The notes under the pieces: model-generated
Seen by the model: the letters and a program-made list of their open reading frames with translations, nothing else
What the model was told of the DNA's origin: nothing
Database searches by the model: none
Assembly: GCA_965248755.1 (NCBI GenBank)
Contig: OZ252149.1
Span: 96,001 to 160,000 of the forward strand
DNA length: 64,000 nucleotides
Source: Candidatus Latescibacterota bacterium
GTDB lineage: Bacteria; Latescibacterota; CBDEFO01
Direction of reading: 5' to 3'
Program-made: the position numbers and the translations under genes
Shown here: piece after piece, positions 9,673 to 19,410 of the stretch
Layout of the letters: each line of letters opens with the position of its first letter
Position numbering within the stretch: position 1 is the first letter of the stretch

Positions 9673-10899
9673 ATGAAAGTCGATCCACAACAACTGCTGG
9701 ACGACGGATTCATCATTTTACGAGAAGTCATCCCGCCCGATCAGTTGGAGGAGTTGCGCGCCAGTTTTGAAGTCCTTGTAGAGCGGCAGAAGTCTATCTG
9801 GGCCCGTGAGCGCAAACCTGAAGACCCGCCCGGCGGTGAATGGGAGAACTCAGCTCAGCCGCGGCTGGTATTTAATACGTTAGTGGACGAGGCGACCGTC
9901 AACACCGTGGAGTTCTGCCTGCACGAAAACACACTGGGTGTAAGTCGCCAACTTATGCGCGCTCGAGAGGCGGCGATTACAGCGATGTTCTTCATGTGCA
10001 GTCCAATTCGCGACCACGGTCCTGCTGACTGGCACCGCGACACCGATCCAATTACACAAGCGCCTCTAAGCGGTTTGCAGATGGACATGATCCGAAACGC
10101 GCCCAGCTACTTACAGTGGAACATTCCTCTCTACGATGACAGCGTGCTCTGGGTGGTGCCATCCAGTCACCAACGCCCTAACACCGAAGAAGAACAGCGC
10201 CATTTACTCGCAAGCCCGCGCAAGCCGATGCCGGGTGGCGTGCCGGTAGAACTCAAAGCAGGTGACGGCGTCGTCTATAGCAACCTAATCCTGCACTGGG
10301 GCAGCAACTACAGCACCACGTTGAGACGAACAATTCATTTAGGTTACCGCTCCTTCGGTGGTGCCATCTTTCCCTATGTACACCACTTCTACTGGAACCT
10401 CGATTTCACTAAGCGCTTGCCGCCAATTATACGGAGTTATTTTGAGCACTCTTTCCAACTACACATAGAACAGTGCGATCTAATTGAATCCACCTTCCGT
10501 GCAATCCTCAACAAGGACGCAGCTGTCTTCCGCGATGGACTCGCCGCGCTCCACCCCGGCGATTATACACCGATGGTGTGCGTAGTTCTCCTGTCGAAGT
10601 GGGCAGACAAGACCCACAAACTGAAACGTCCCGATGTCGTCAGTCTACCCTTGCCAGAGCGTGCCGGAGCTATTTCAGAGAGTCCACTTAATCTCTACCT
10701 CTACGAGGATTTTGCCCGACGTTTCTCGCAGTCGGAAGCTGACGTCCTGTGGCAGCGGTTTGCGACGCTTTTTGCTAAACTCCAATCGGACGCGGAGCGG
10801 TGTGTGTCCGACTTCGGATCTCGACCGATGCGATATTTGTTCACCGAGATGCCCACCGCTTTCGAGGTCGAAGACTTCATAGCCAGCTGGGACACCTGA
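9673..10899 (+). CDS. PhyH family dioxygenase, tandem paralog of 8227..9453
   Basis: Same length (408 aa) and same WHRD/PSSH/LILHWGS motifs; N-terminal part is near-identical. Confidence 0.88.
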   Translation: MKVDPQQLLDDGFIILREVIPPDQLEELRASFEVLVERQKSIWARERKPEDPPGGEWENSAQPRLVFNTLVDEATVNTVEFCLHENTLGVSRQLMRAREAAITAMFFMCSPIRDHGPADWHRDTDPITQAPLSGLQMDMIRNAPSYLQWNIPLYDDSVLWVVPSSHQRPNTEEEQRHLLASPRKPMPGGVPVELKAGDGVVYSNLILHWGSNYSTTLRRTIHLGYRSFGGAIFPYVHHFYWNLDFTKRLPPIIRSYFEHSFQLHIEQCDLIESTFRAILNKDAAVFRDGLAALHPGDYTPMVCVVLLSKWADKTHKLKRPDVVSLPLPERAGAISESPLNLYLYEDFARRFSQSEADVLWQRFATLFAKLQSDAERCVSDFGSRPMRYLFTEMPTAFEVEDFIASWDT

Positions 10900-10965
10900 A
10901 AAGATAGCAGATACCAGACAGGGTACCTCTTCTCCCTCTGTCCACTAATTTTGTGGGAATACCCT

Positions 10966-11880
10966 ATGGAAAGATCTATTCGTGTGATAGAACGGCTCAA
11001 AGGCCCAATTGTTCCGGTGAACGTCTGCTTTGCCGATGAAGATTACCTGGACGTTGCGGCGACGCGCGGGTACGTCAACTGGCTGTGCGAGCAGAACGTA
11101 CCCGTAATACTGCTCACTTATGGCAGCAGCGAATTCTCCAGCCTGACTGAGGATGAGATTTGGAGGCTGACCGGCGAAGTGGCAGAGGAGGTCGCTGGGC
11201 GCTCGCTGTTCATCGCTTCGACCGGTTGGTGGTGGCCGGGGAAATGCCGGGAGTTTTTGAAACACGCCGAGAGTGCAGGAGCAGATGCAGTCAAGGTTCA
11301 GATTCACCCTTGGCTGGGTGTCCAGCGTGATGTGCTTCTCAGCTACTTTGACCGCATTCAAGACGCCGCTCCGATTCCCCTGCTGGTCTGGAGTATCGGG
11401 ACAGCTCCTTTTACCGTGGATGTAGTGGCGGAGTTAGCACAACGTCCTGAAGTGGTCGGCATCAAGAATGACGGTGACGCCTTCTATGACTATTATGACT
11501 TTATCCGCGCTACCGATGCTGAGAACTTCGCCGTGATCAGCGGTGGACAGATGCGCAACTTTATGCTCGGCTATCCTATCGGTTCTCCGGCGTATCTCTG
11601 CCCCATTGCGCCTTTCCGTCCGGACATAGCGATCAGCTTCTACAATCTTCTGACCGCCGGGCGAAGCGATGAGGCGTGGGCAATCGTGTTCCGCTATGAG
11701 GAACCCTGGCTCAAGACCGCTGCAGCGCTGGAATGGGGACCCAGCATCAAATCCGCGCTCTACATTTACGGGCTATATCCCAATCATCGGCTCCGCGCAC
11801 CAGCCGTTTCGCACACCGCCGAACAGCGCAAGAAATTGCAGGAGACTCTGGAAAAGGTCTTTGGACCTATCAGACAGTAG
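10966..11880 (+). CDS. Dihydrodipicolinate synthase-family aldolase/lyase
   Basis: GSSEFSSLT, GADAV, VVGIKND Schiff-base Lys context. ATG at 10966 chosen. Confidence 0.82.
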   Translation: MERSIRVIERLKGPIVPVNVCFADEDYLDVAATRGYVNWLCEQNVPVILLTYGSSEFSSLTEDEIWRLTGEVAEEVAGRSLFIASTGWWWPGKCREFLKHAESAGADAVKVQIHPWLGVQRDVLLSYFDRIQDAAPIPLLVWSIGTAPFTVDVVAELAQRPEVVGIKNDGDAFYDYYDFIRATDAENFAVISGGQMRNFMLGYPIGSPAYLCPIAPFRPDIAISFYNLLTAGRSDEAWAIVFRYEEPWLKTAAALEWGPSIKSALYIYGLYPNHRLRAPAVSHTAEQRKKLQETLEKVFGPIRQ

Positions 11881-11927
11881 GGGCCTGTCCCCAGACAGTG
11901 ACACATCATAAAGGGAGGTAAGGAAAG

Positions 11928-12872
11928 ATGACACAGCAGCGAAAAGTTTATTTCAACGGCCAGTTCGTGTCAGAAGCCGAGGCGAGGGTCTCCATCTTCG
12001 ACTCAGCGCTGATGTACGGGGATATGGTGTTTGAGATGACGCGCAGTTACAACGGCGAACCGTTCCGTCTTCGCCACCACCTCGAACGGCTTTACGCCGG
12101 ACTCACGATACTGGAGATCGACTGCGGGTTGACGCTTGACGAGATGGAAGCTGCTACACTCCAGACGGTGGAGATGAACCGCCCGTGCTTCTATGAGGGG
12201 TTGGACTTTCAAATTATGCACAACGTCTCACGCGGACCGCTTGCACTCTACAGTTCAGTCTTTCCAGAAGGCCTGCGTCCGACAGTTACTATCAACTGCT
12301 GGCCGTTGACCTGGCATCTTTCCGGCATTGCAGATATGTACGAGGCGGGTGTCCACGCTGTCATCACACCGCAGAGGTCCGTACCTTCGCGTCTGATCGA
12401 CCCGAAGATCAAGAATCGCAGCCGCGTCTACTACCAGGTCGCCAACCAGCAAGCGCAGAAGGTAGATCCAAAGGCATGGGCACTTTTGACTGACGATGAC
12501 GGGTTCATCACCGAAGGGACAGGCTCCAACTTCTTCATCGTGATGCGCGGCGAACTGTTCACTTCAGAGCCGCGCAACATCCTGCGCGGGGTGACGCGGC
12601 AGGCGGCCATAGAGTTAGCAGCAGAATTAGGCGTGCCCTGCCATGAACGCAACCTGGAGCCCTACGACGTGGCGATGGCCGAAGAGGCCTTCTTCACTAC
12701 AACATCGTATGCTGTGATGCCCGCGACGCGGTTCAACGGGCAGCCGATTGGAGGAGGAAAGGTCGGTCCCGTGACGCGCCGCCTGTTGGACGGCTGGTGC
12801 CAGATGGTCGGCGTGGACATGGTGGCGCAGTCGAAGGAATATACAATAGAAGCAGAAAAGGCGGGAAAATGA
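11928..12872 (+). CDS. PLP-dependent aminotransferase class IV (branched-chain/D-amino acid aminotransferase-like)
   Basis: YFNGQF, YGDMVFE, HLERL, KIKNRSR, EGTGSNFF, ILRGVTR motifs. Confidence 0.9.
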   Translation: MTQQRKVYFNGQFVSEAEARVSIFDSALMYGDMVFEMTRSYNGEPFRLRHHLERLYAGLTILEIDCGLTLDEMEAATLQTVEMNRPCFYEGLDFQIMHNVSRGPLALYSSVFPEGLRPTVTINCWPLTWHLSGIADMYEAGVHAVITPQRSVPSRLIDPKIKNRSRVYYQVANQQAQKVDPKAWALLTDDDGFITEGTGSNFFIVMRGELFTSEPRNILRGVTRQAAIELAAELGVPCHERNLEPYDVAMAEEAFFTTTSYAVMPATRFNGQPIGGGKVGPVTRRLLDGWCQMVGVDMVAQSKEYTIEAEKAGK

Positions 12873-14020
12873 AGATCACCGCTGTCCGCACCCGCGTTAT
12901 GGGCACACCGGGTCGCAACTGGATATTTGTCTTCGTCGAAACTGATGAGGGCATCACCGGCGTGGGAGAGGCCACCACCGAGTATCAAGAGCAGGCTGTC
13001 GTCTCTTCCATCGAACAGCACTTTGCCCCACTCTTGGTCGGCAGAGATCCCACCAGGATCGAGCGTCTGTGGCAGGTGATGTACCGCCTCTTCTGGTGGC
13101 GGCAGGGTGTAGTGATGACCAGTGCCATCAGCGGTATCGAGCAGGCGTTGTGGGACATTGCGGGCAAGGCCTATGGACAGCCTGTCTACCGCCTGCTCGG
13201 AGGGCCGTGCCGGGACCGCGTGCGGCTCTATGCGCGCGGCGACCTGGGTTTATCATCGGAAGCTGAGGAAGCACAAGCGGCCATCGCCGAGGGTTTCACA
13301 GCCTTCAAATGGGGCTATGGGCCGACGGGTAGGCCGTTCGATGAGGAGGAGAACATCCGCGCCGCGCACGAGGCTGCCAGCGCTATCGTAGAGGCGACAG
13401 GCGACCAGATTGACTCCACACTGCCCCTCGAGTTGATGGTAGATTGCGCCGGGCTCTTTTCGCTGGGAGGCGCAATACGCCTGATTCAAGGGTTGCGGGG
13501 ATATCGAGTGCTGTTCGTGGAAGAACCCGTGTGCGTGGACAACCTCAACGAGATGGAGCGGCTGCATCAGGCGGGGACAGGCATTAAACTGGCGTTGGGT
13601 GAGCGGCTCTCCACGCGCTGGGCGTTCCGCGAATATTTGGAGCAGCGGGCGGTAGACGTGGTACAGCCTGATATCTGTCATGCGGGCGGCATCGGTGAAC
13701 TGCGCAAGATCGCAGCGATGGCAGAGGTCTACGGCGTGAAGGTAGCACCGCACAACCCCTACGGTCCTGTCGCCCTTGCGGCTGCCGTCCATTTCGCCGC
13801 CGCAACCAGTAACTTCCTGATATTGGAATATTGCCGCCGTACGCCCCTCTTCTTTCAAGTGCAGAAGCAGGGAATTGAGATTGCCAACGGTCATGCCGAA
13901 CTGCCGACGGCCGCTGGGCTGGGAGTGGAGTTGGACGAAGAACTCATCGCACAGCATCCATACCAGCCACTTGCGATTCGGGAGTATTACGAGTCGGACG
14001 GCGCAGTACCGATGATTTAA
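12869..14020 (+). CDS. Mandelate racemase/enolase-superfamily sugar-acid dehydratase (DgoD-like)
   Basis: ETDEGITGVGE, IEQALWDIAGK, EEP, GE, QPDICHAGG, APHNP motifs; ATGA overlap with the upstream gene. Confidence 0.9.
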   Translation: MKITAVRTRVMGTPGRNWIFVFVETDEGITGVGEATTEYQEQAVVSSIEQHFAPLLVGRDPTRIERLWQVMYRLFWWRQGVVMTSAISGIEQALWDIAGKAYGQPVYRLLGGPCRDRVRLYARGDLGLSSEAEEAQAAIAEGFTAFKWGYGPTGRPFDEEENIRAAHEAASAIVEATGDQIDSTLPLELMVDCAGLFSLGGAIRLIQGLRGYRVLFVEEPVCVDNLNEMERLHQAGTGIKLALGERLSTRWAFREYLEQRAVDVVQPDICHAGGIGELRKIAAMAEVYGVKVAPHNPYGPVALAAAVHFAAATSNFLILEYCRRTPLFFQVQKQGIEIANGHAELPTAAGLGVELDEELIAQHPYQPLAIREYYESDGAVPMI

Positions 14021-14112
14021 ATCATATCGCATCCCCGATCCCCCCCGATAGATTCAATCGGGGGGGATCGGGGAGCACCGCAAGGCTCTTACGATATTAA
14101 GGAGTTGATAGT

Positions 14113-14829
14113 ATGGAATTGACAGGTCGAGCGGCAGTGGTGACCGGAGCGGCGCGAGGTATTGGCAAGGCGATTGCCAAGGCTCTGGCACAGGAAGGCG
14201 CTGACGTGGCTCTGTTGGACATAGACGAGTCGGAGGTGCGGGCAGCCGCGCGGGAAATCGGAGAGAGCACTGGACGGCGGATCCTTCCGGTACGCGCAGA
14301 CGTGAGCGTAAAGACCCAGGTTGAAGGAGCCGTCGCCTCCGTGCAGAACGCCTTTGAGAAAGTGGACATTCTCGTAAACAATGCAGGCGTGTGGAGTCAT
14401 GGGAACCTGAGCCAGGTGACAGAGGCCGAGTGGGACCGGGTCTTTGATGTTAATCTGAAAGGTGTGCTGTTCGGCACGCAGGCGGTCGCGCCTGTCATGA
14501 AAGAACAAAAAGGAGGGAAAATAGTCAACATAGCGTCGGCCGCGGGATTGGGACCTGTCGCAGAATGGAGCGCCTATTGCATCTCCAAGGCTGCGGTCAT
14601 AATGCTCTCGCAGGTCGCAGCGGAGGAGTTAGCTCCGTTTAATGTGCAGGTGGCTGCCCTCTGCCCGGGCGCGGTGGACACCCACTTGACCGAGCGCATC
14701 ACGCAGCAGACCGGTGCACGGTTTCCCCATGCTATGAAGCCGGAGCAGGTCGCTGAAGCTGTGTTGAATCTAGTTTGCCCTTTCGAGCAGAAGCCAAGCG
14801 GCGCTATCGTACAGAGGCTGCCAGCATAG
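14113..14829 (+). CDS. Short-chain dehydrogenase/reductase (SDR)
   Basis: TGAARGIG, NNAG, YCISK catalytic motif. Confidence 0.92.
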   Translation: MELTGRAAVVTGAARGIGKAIAKALAQEGADVALLDIDESEVRAAAREIGESTGRRILPVRADVSVKTQVEGAVASVQNAFEKVDILVNNAGVWSHGNLSQVTEAEWDRVFDVNLKGVLFGTQAVAPVMKEQKGGKIVNIASAAGLGPVAEWSAYCISKAAVIMLSQVAAEELAPFNVQVAALCPGAVDTHLTERITQQTGARFPHAMKPEQVAEAVLNLVCPFEQKPSGAIVQRLPA

Positions 14830-14945
14830 CAGACTGCCTGCTGGGACTCCCCCACTTCCCCCTGACTGCTGTCTACGAGTTAGCTTGCCTGACCCTTCCC
14901 GACACTCTCAGCTAGTGCTCCTCCAAGTTAATTATACTGGGGAGT

Positions 14946-15110
14946 GTCATTGTGAGGAGCGCAGCGACGAAGCAATCTCTGAACCTAACCCCATGTAGCA
15001 TGAACAACGAGATTTTGAATATACAGAATGTAGGGGCGAGGTCTACTGGCCCAGTAGTCGGCAGACAGGTAGAGGCGAGATTGCTTCGGGATGAATCCCC
15101 CCGCAATGAC
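14946..15110. repeat. REP-like inverted pair (GTCATTGYGAGG...GAAGCAATCTC / GAGATTGCTTCG...CGCAATGAC) between convergent genes
   Basis: Same family seen at 7963-8103, 29287-29322, 33553-33693, 39927-40047, 41647-41751, 45468-45558 and 48909-48976. Confidence 0.8.
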
Positions 15111-15129
15111 TGGGCAGTGCATCCAAGGT

Positions 15130-16074
15130 TCATCTATAGACGCTTTGAATCAGGGCGCGGATATAACCGTTGGCGTATGCGTGACCGATATCATCTCCCG
15201 ACCGATGCTGGATGTGCGGCGTGTGATCCATCATGAATGGACCGTTGAAACCGACGTCGCGGTAGGTCTCCATAGCCTTGAGCATATCTACTTCACCTTC
15301 ATCTATGAATACCTCCTGAAAGTCGTAGGGAGTGCCGCGAATATTTCGGAAGTGGACGTAGAATATCTTGTCCCGCTCCCCCATGTAGCGGATGGTGTCC
15401 AGGACATTGACTCCCATCTCGGCGACGCAGCCCTGGCAGAAGAGCATTCCGATGTTGTCGCTGGGGACGATATCGAACATCCTCTGATAGTTCTCCACGC
15501 TCACAACGATTCGGTCAGCGCCTCCCAGTGCCTCAGGGATCGGAGGATCGTCCGGATGCACGGCGATCCTTACTCTGGCCTCCTCCGCCACAGGGATGAC
15601 CCACTCCAGGAAATAGGTCAGATTCTCCCATAGCCTATCGGCCGTGATCTCCTTGCCCGGATGCCGAGGTGGGTCCTTCATAAACTCCTCGTAGTTGAAG
15701 GCGCTGTAGGTTGAACCACCGCGACCGGGGATCGAATCCGTCCGAAAATGGCTGATAGCGAAGAACGTAATGGCGGTTTTAGGTACGCCCACCGCGCCGA
15801 TCGCTCGGAGCATCTCGCACCAGTTGTCGATCTCCCCACTTCGTCCGGGAAGACTATGGATGACCCTCGCTCCAACGCCTGAACGGAGGACGTGAAGTTC
15901 CAGACCGTGGGCTTCCACAAACGACTTCAGACGCCTAAAGTCCTCGGTGTGATCCTGACCGTTGGCCATCTCAGGACTCAAGAAAATTTGGAGGCAATCG
16001 ACGCCCATCGCCTTGAAGAAGTTCAACCTCTCATCGGTAACTTCGTTCCAACCAAGCGAATCCATTATTTTCAT
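15130..16074 (-). CDS. uxuA: Mannonate dehydratase (UxuA) family
   Basis: PVAEEARVRIAVHPDDPP, FCQG, VHFRN, DEGEVDM, MMDHTP motifs. Confidence 0.85.
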   Translation of the reverse strand: MKIMDSLGWNEVTDERLNFFKAMGVDCLQIFLSPEMANGQDHTEDFRRLKSFVEAHGLELHVLRSGVGARVIHSLPGRSGEIDNWCEMLRAIGAVGVPKTAITFFAISHFRTDSIPGRGGSTYSAFNYEEFMKDPPRHPGKEITADRLWENLTYFLEWVIPVAEEARVRIAVHPDDPPIPEALGGADRIVVSVENYQRMFDIVPSDNIGMLFCQGCVAEMGVNVLDTIRYMGERDKIFYVHFRNIRGTPYDFQEVFIDEGEVDMLKAMETYRDVGFNGPFMMDHTPHIQHRSGDDIGHAYANGYIRALIQSVYR

Positions 16075-16138
16075 GTTTCATGCGCCAGTTTTGAAGCTGT
16101 CTATGTAGTGGTGGATGTGAATTCTTCTTACCAGAAGC

Positions 16139-16216
16139 TTATCGAGGCACGTGCCTTTCTGAACACCTTAAGAGCCTGGCTGCCTCTTTGATCGTAAGCA
16201 TGTCTTCGATATCCAT
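16139..16216 (-). pseudogene. Excisionase/HTH_17-like DNA-binding gene remnant
   Basis: AAGGAGG RBS then MDIEDMLTIKEAARLLRCSERHVPR-stop-ASGK, matching the LTxKEAAxxLxxSxxxVxRLIxSG pattern. Confidence 0.6.
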
Positions 16217-16259
16217 CTTTCCCTCCTTTTTAGACTGTCACATTCCCGTTGCTTTTTCA

Positions 16260-16361
16260 TATAGGGTGTAGGGTGTGTAGGCAGGTGTACTATGTTTGTA
16301 TATAAAAAAGTTTTTTGTACAGCAAACATATAGTACGACCCTACACACCCTACACCCTATA
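16260..16361. repeat. ~100-bp imperfect inverted repeat with TAGGGTG subrepeats
   Basis: TATAGGGTGTAGGGTGTGTAGG pairs perfectly (22 bp) with 16340-16361; inner GTACTAT/ATAGTAC and A6/T6 stems. Confidence 0.85.
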
Positions 16362-16729
16362 CACAGGCTACCCCGGCATTTAAAATCACAAGTCCCTTTG
16401 TGTTAAGAACCTTACGTTTCTTTTAGCTCTACCATATCTACCACATGCCAGTACTCATATTCCCCTAATCTCTAACTCTTTGGAGGTCTTGATCTCTAAC
16501 GTGTTGGGGAGCTACACAACTGATCTCTAACCCTTTAGAGGTCTTGATCTCCGATGTCTTGTAAATCTTACTCTTAATCCCCAGCTTCTTGCAGGTCAGT
16601 TGCGACATCTAAAGACTTTATAACCACAGTTCGACCCTGACCTGGATACTTTACGGATATATACACAGTATCCACGAGCAAGTTGACGGTTCGTTTTGAG
16701 ATTGACAGGCGGTCTACCTTTCGCAGCGA

Positions 16730-17530
16730 TCATCTACTTCCCACCCAATGCCGATAGAGCGGCTTTACGTTGTCAGGCAGAGCATCGTAAACATGCGGCG
16801 GGACTGCAGGAACTATGTTTTCTTTACTACCCGTCTCGTCCACCATACGGGCGCGCTCATCGGAATCGGGCATCAGCACATCCAAATTGAGCCACCACGG
16901 AGCGTAGCGCACCGCCAGTGCGCAGCGGGGTCGGTCGGAGCAATTGGGCGCGGAAGCGTGCCAGAGGCGACTGTCCATAACCAGCACACTGCCCGCCGCG
17001 CCTTCCACCCGCATCTCAGTGGGGTAAGGTTCAAGAGCGTCAATGCCGTTCTCACCACTCGGATTGTTGTCTGTCCGGTGGCTGCCGGGCACGATAAAGG
17101 TGCCGCCGTTTTCGGAGTCAAAGGGTGAAAGCATCCACAGCGTAGTGAGATGCATGACTGCATCTGGATAAGGTGCCGGAATATGCCCTGCGTTCTTCTG
17201 ATTGAACGGCCAATCCGCGTGCCAACCGCCGCGCTTATTCCCCGGGTAGTTGATGATACCGGAAGTGAAAGAAATCCGTACGTGCTGGCCCAACAGAGCC
17301 TCGGCACTGTTCATCAGGCGTGGGTCGCCTAAGTAGGGAGCGAACGATTGATCGAGCCCGATAAGCCCAGGAACGAATCCGATGCCCTCAGGTGCATTGG
17401 AGCTTCTGTGCGCGGCGACTGTTGCCTCCACACTTTTGCGCACGGCTTCAACATTGCTGTCAGGGATAACGCCCTCGAGGACACACCAGCCGTCAATCCT
17501 CAGATGAAGCAGCATCTGATCCATATTCAT
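16730..17530 (-). CDS. PhyH family dioxygenase
   Basis: IDGWCVLE, GWHADWP, FIVPGSH, DSRLWH motifs. Start uncertain (17530 to 17557). Confidence 0.88.
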   Translation of the reverse strand: MNMDQMLLHLRIDGWCVLEGVIPDSNVEAVRKSVEATVAAHRSSNAPEGIGFVPGLIGLDQSFAPYLGDPRLMNSAEALLGQHVRISFTSGIINYPGNKRGGWHADWPFNQKNAGHIPAPYPDAVMHLTTLWMLSPFDSENGGTFIVPGSHRTDNNPSGENGIDALEPYPTEMRVEGAAGSVLVMDSRLWHASAPNCSDRPRCALAVRYAPWWLNLDVLMPDSDERARMVDETGSKENIVPAVPPHVYDALPDNVKPLYRHWVGSR

Positions 17531-17786
17531 TGTCCTCTTCCTAGGTTTGATCTCCAATTATATCGTGTTACTGGTCCCTTCTACAATCCGAACGGCCACA
17601 GACGCGGGACTCACCTTAGATAAATCGGGACCACATTTTCTGTTTGGCTGCGTCCACCTCATCCTCGCAAACAAAGCGCCCACAACGCCCACTTCGCGGC
17701 CTTCTGCCACGTTCCCTAGACCATTGAAGATCGTGTCCAACGGTACGAATTCATCACCTTCAGATCAGCTAGCCATTCCGTATCTC

Positions 17787-18980
17787 TCAGGCCCACGCTG
17801 CCCTTGACTGACCTATCCACTCAAGTTGATAGCGAGGCGTCATACCATAGTAGTGAAAAGAATGATGCCGTATGCCCGCCCTTCGGACCATCATCACTTC
17901 ATCACGCAGCTCCTCCATCGAATTGAAGGCTCGCTGATTGTGCATCATTTCGGGCTCTGCCCACTCGGGGACTTTACTGATCTGCTCAACTAATGAATTC
18001 TCCCTCTCCTGGATAGTCTCTCCACTGCCGCCGAGACTGACACGCTTAAGGTGTGGATACAACTTTGAAGAGTCCAGACACTGCATAACACTCCGCTCGT
18101 TGCGTGTCCCGAAGGGCATAAAAGCGCCGTCATACCTGGTGACGATCTCCTGGACGTCAGAAAAGAGGCTGGTTACAGTGTTACAACGCACCTCCAGATA
18201 GCTCCAAAGCCCGCCAGCAAAGACATTCCTTGCCCACTCCTCGTCTGCAGGACCCATGTCCCACTCCGCGGGAGGTTTAGAAAGCGATTCATATAGGTGC
18301 CGTCTGATCTCTCTTTTTAGGGGAAGTGGATCGAATCCCTCGTCCCTGGCCCTCTGGAGACAACTACCGCAGAAGCATAGATTTAGTAGATATTGATCCC
18401 GTGGAGAAGGCGGTACCTCCACCTTATCTACCAGAAATCCATCGTTCCATAGGCCAAAACCGAGCGATTCATGTCTAATCCCATCGCCTCCGTAGGTCCC
18501 CATAAGCTCCTCGACAATAGCGAGGTCATAGGCGCGGACTGATGGATTAGACGGACATAGATAAGCACGATGGCGCTCCCCCATCGCATCCACGCAGCAG
18601 GCATCCGGGTAGGCCTGCGCTGTGCTATGGCTGAAATGAAAAACGACGAAAAAGAGTACCCCCCAGTCGCGTCCTCTGGCATTATCCATAACGTTGTGGA
18701 GATAACCAGAGGTATCCACACAATCCCCTAATATCGGTCTGATACGTGTATCTCTCCAGCGGGGATGCTCCGGCGCAAAGAAGACCGAGCCATCATCCCA
18801 GCGCACAATCCTCTTGGGATTGTGCGAAAGCAAAAAGGTGTTAGCGTGATAGACAGCAGCCACAAAAAGCTCGTTGAGACCGCAGACCTCATCCAGATAA
18901 TCGAAGCAGTTATCGATTCCCTCTTCGGTGATGTCCCAGGGATGGATGTATATCCCACCTGATCTTCCTTTTTTCAGCAT
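17787..18980 (-). CDS. Hypothetical protein, probable glycoside-hydrolase-like TIM barrel
   Basis: IYIHPWD, AAVYH, LCPSNPSVRAY, DGIRHES, LCFC motifs. ATG at 18980 follows a GGAGAG RBS. Confidence 0.55.
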   Translation of the reverse strand: MLKKGRSGGIYIHPWDITEEGIDNCFDYLDEVCGLNELFVAAVYHANTFLLSHNPKRIVRWDDGSVFFAPEHPRWRDTRIRPILGDCVDTSGYLHNVMDNARGRDWGVLFFVVFHFSHSTAQAYPDACCVDAMGERHRAYLCPSNPSVRAYDLAIVEELMGTYGGDGIRHESLGFGLWNDGFLVDKVEVPPSPRDQYLLNLCFCGSCLQRARDEGFDPLPLKREIRRHLYESLSKPPAEWDMGPADEEWARNVFAGGLWSYLEVRCNTVTSLFSDVQEIVTRYDGAFMPFGTRNERSVMQCLDSSKLYPHLKRVSLGGSGETIQERENSLVEQISKVPEWAEPEMMHNQRAFNSMEELRDEVMMVRRAGIRHHSFHYYGMTPRYQLEWIGQSRAAWA

Positions 18981-19410
18981 CTTTCTCTCCTTTTTCTCAC
19001 AAGAAAGTTCTGGAATACTTTTTGTGGACCCAGATCTAAGTGCAAGCGCTTGAGTCTCTACACATTTTCTTGGACCATCCCACAGATGGGAAAGGGCGTG
19101 ACGTAGCCTCTGCGACAATTTACGATCTTCTGTTTGATGGCATGATGTTTGATTACGGCTTGTCAACTATCTCTATGGCATAATCTCATGTAATGTACGG
19201 TTACTGATCTTAGCAATGCAAAAGACATTCTCTACATAACTTCTGTGTTTGCTGTCTATAAATCTATGACCGCGTGTACATTATATTCGAAAAGGGATGA
19301 TACAAAGGTGCAGATCACTTAGGAAAGAAAATAAACGGAGATTCTTGGATGTCAATAGGGTTTGTGCACTGGCAGAGCTGTTCAGTTTTCCATGAGGTAA
19401 CCCGCCGTAT

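Noticed and set aside
16468..16552. GATCTCTAAC-containing repeats as a mini-CRISPR
   Set aside because: Two imperfect copies with irregular spacing; better explained as a local duplication.
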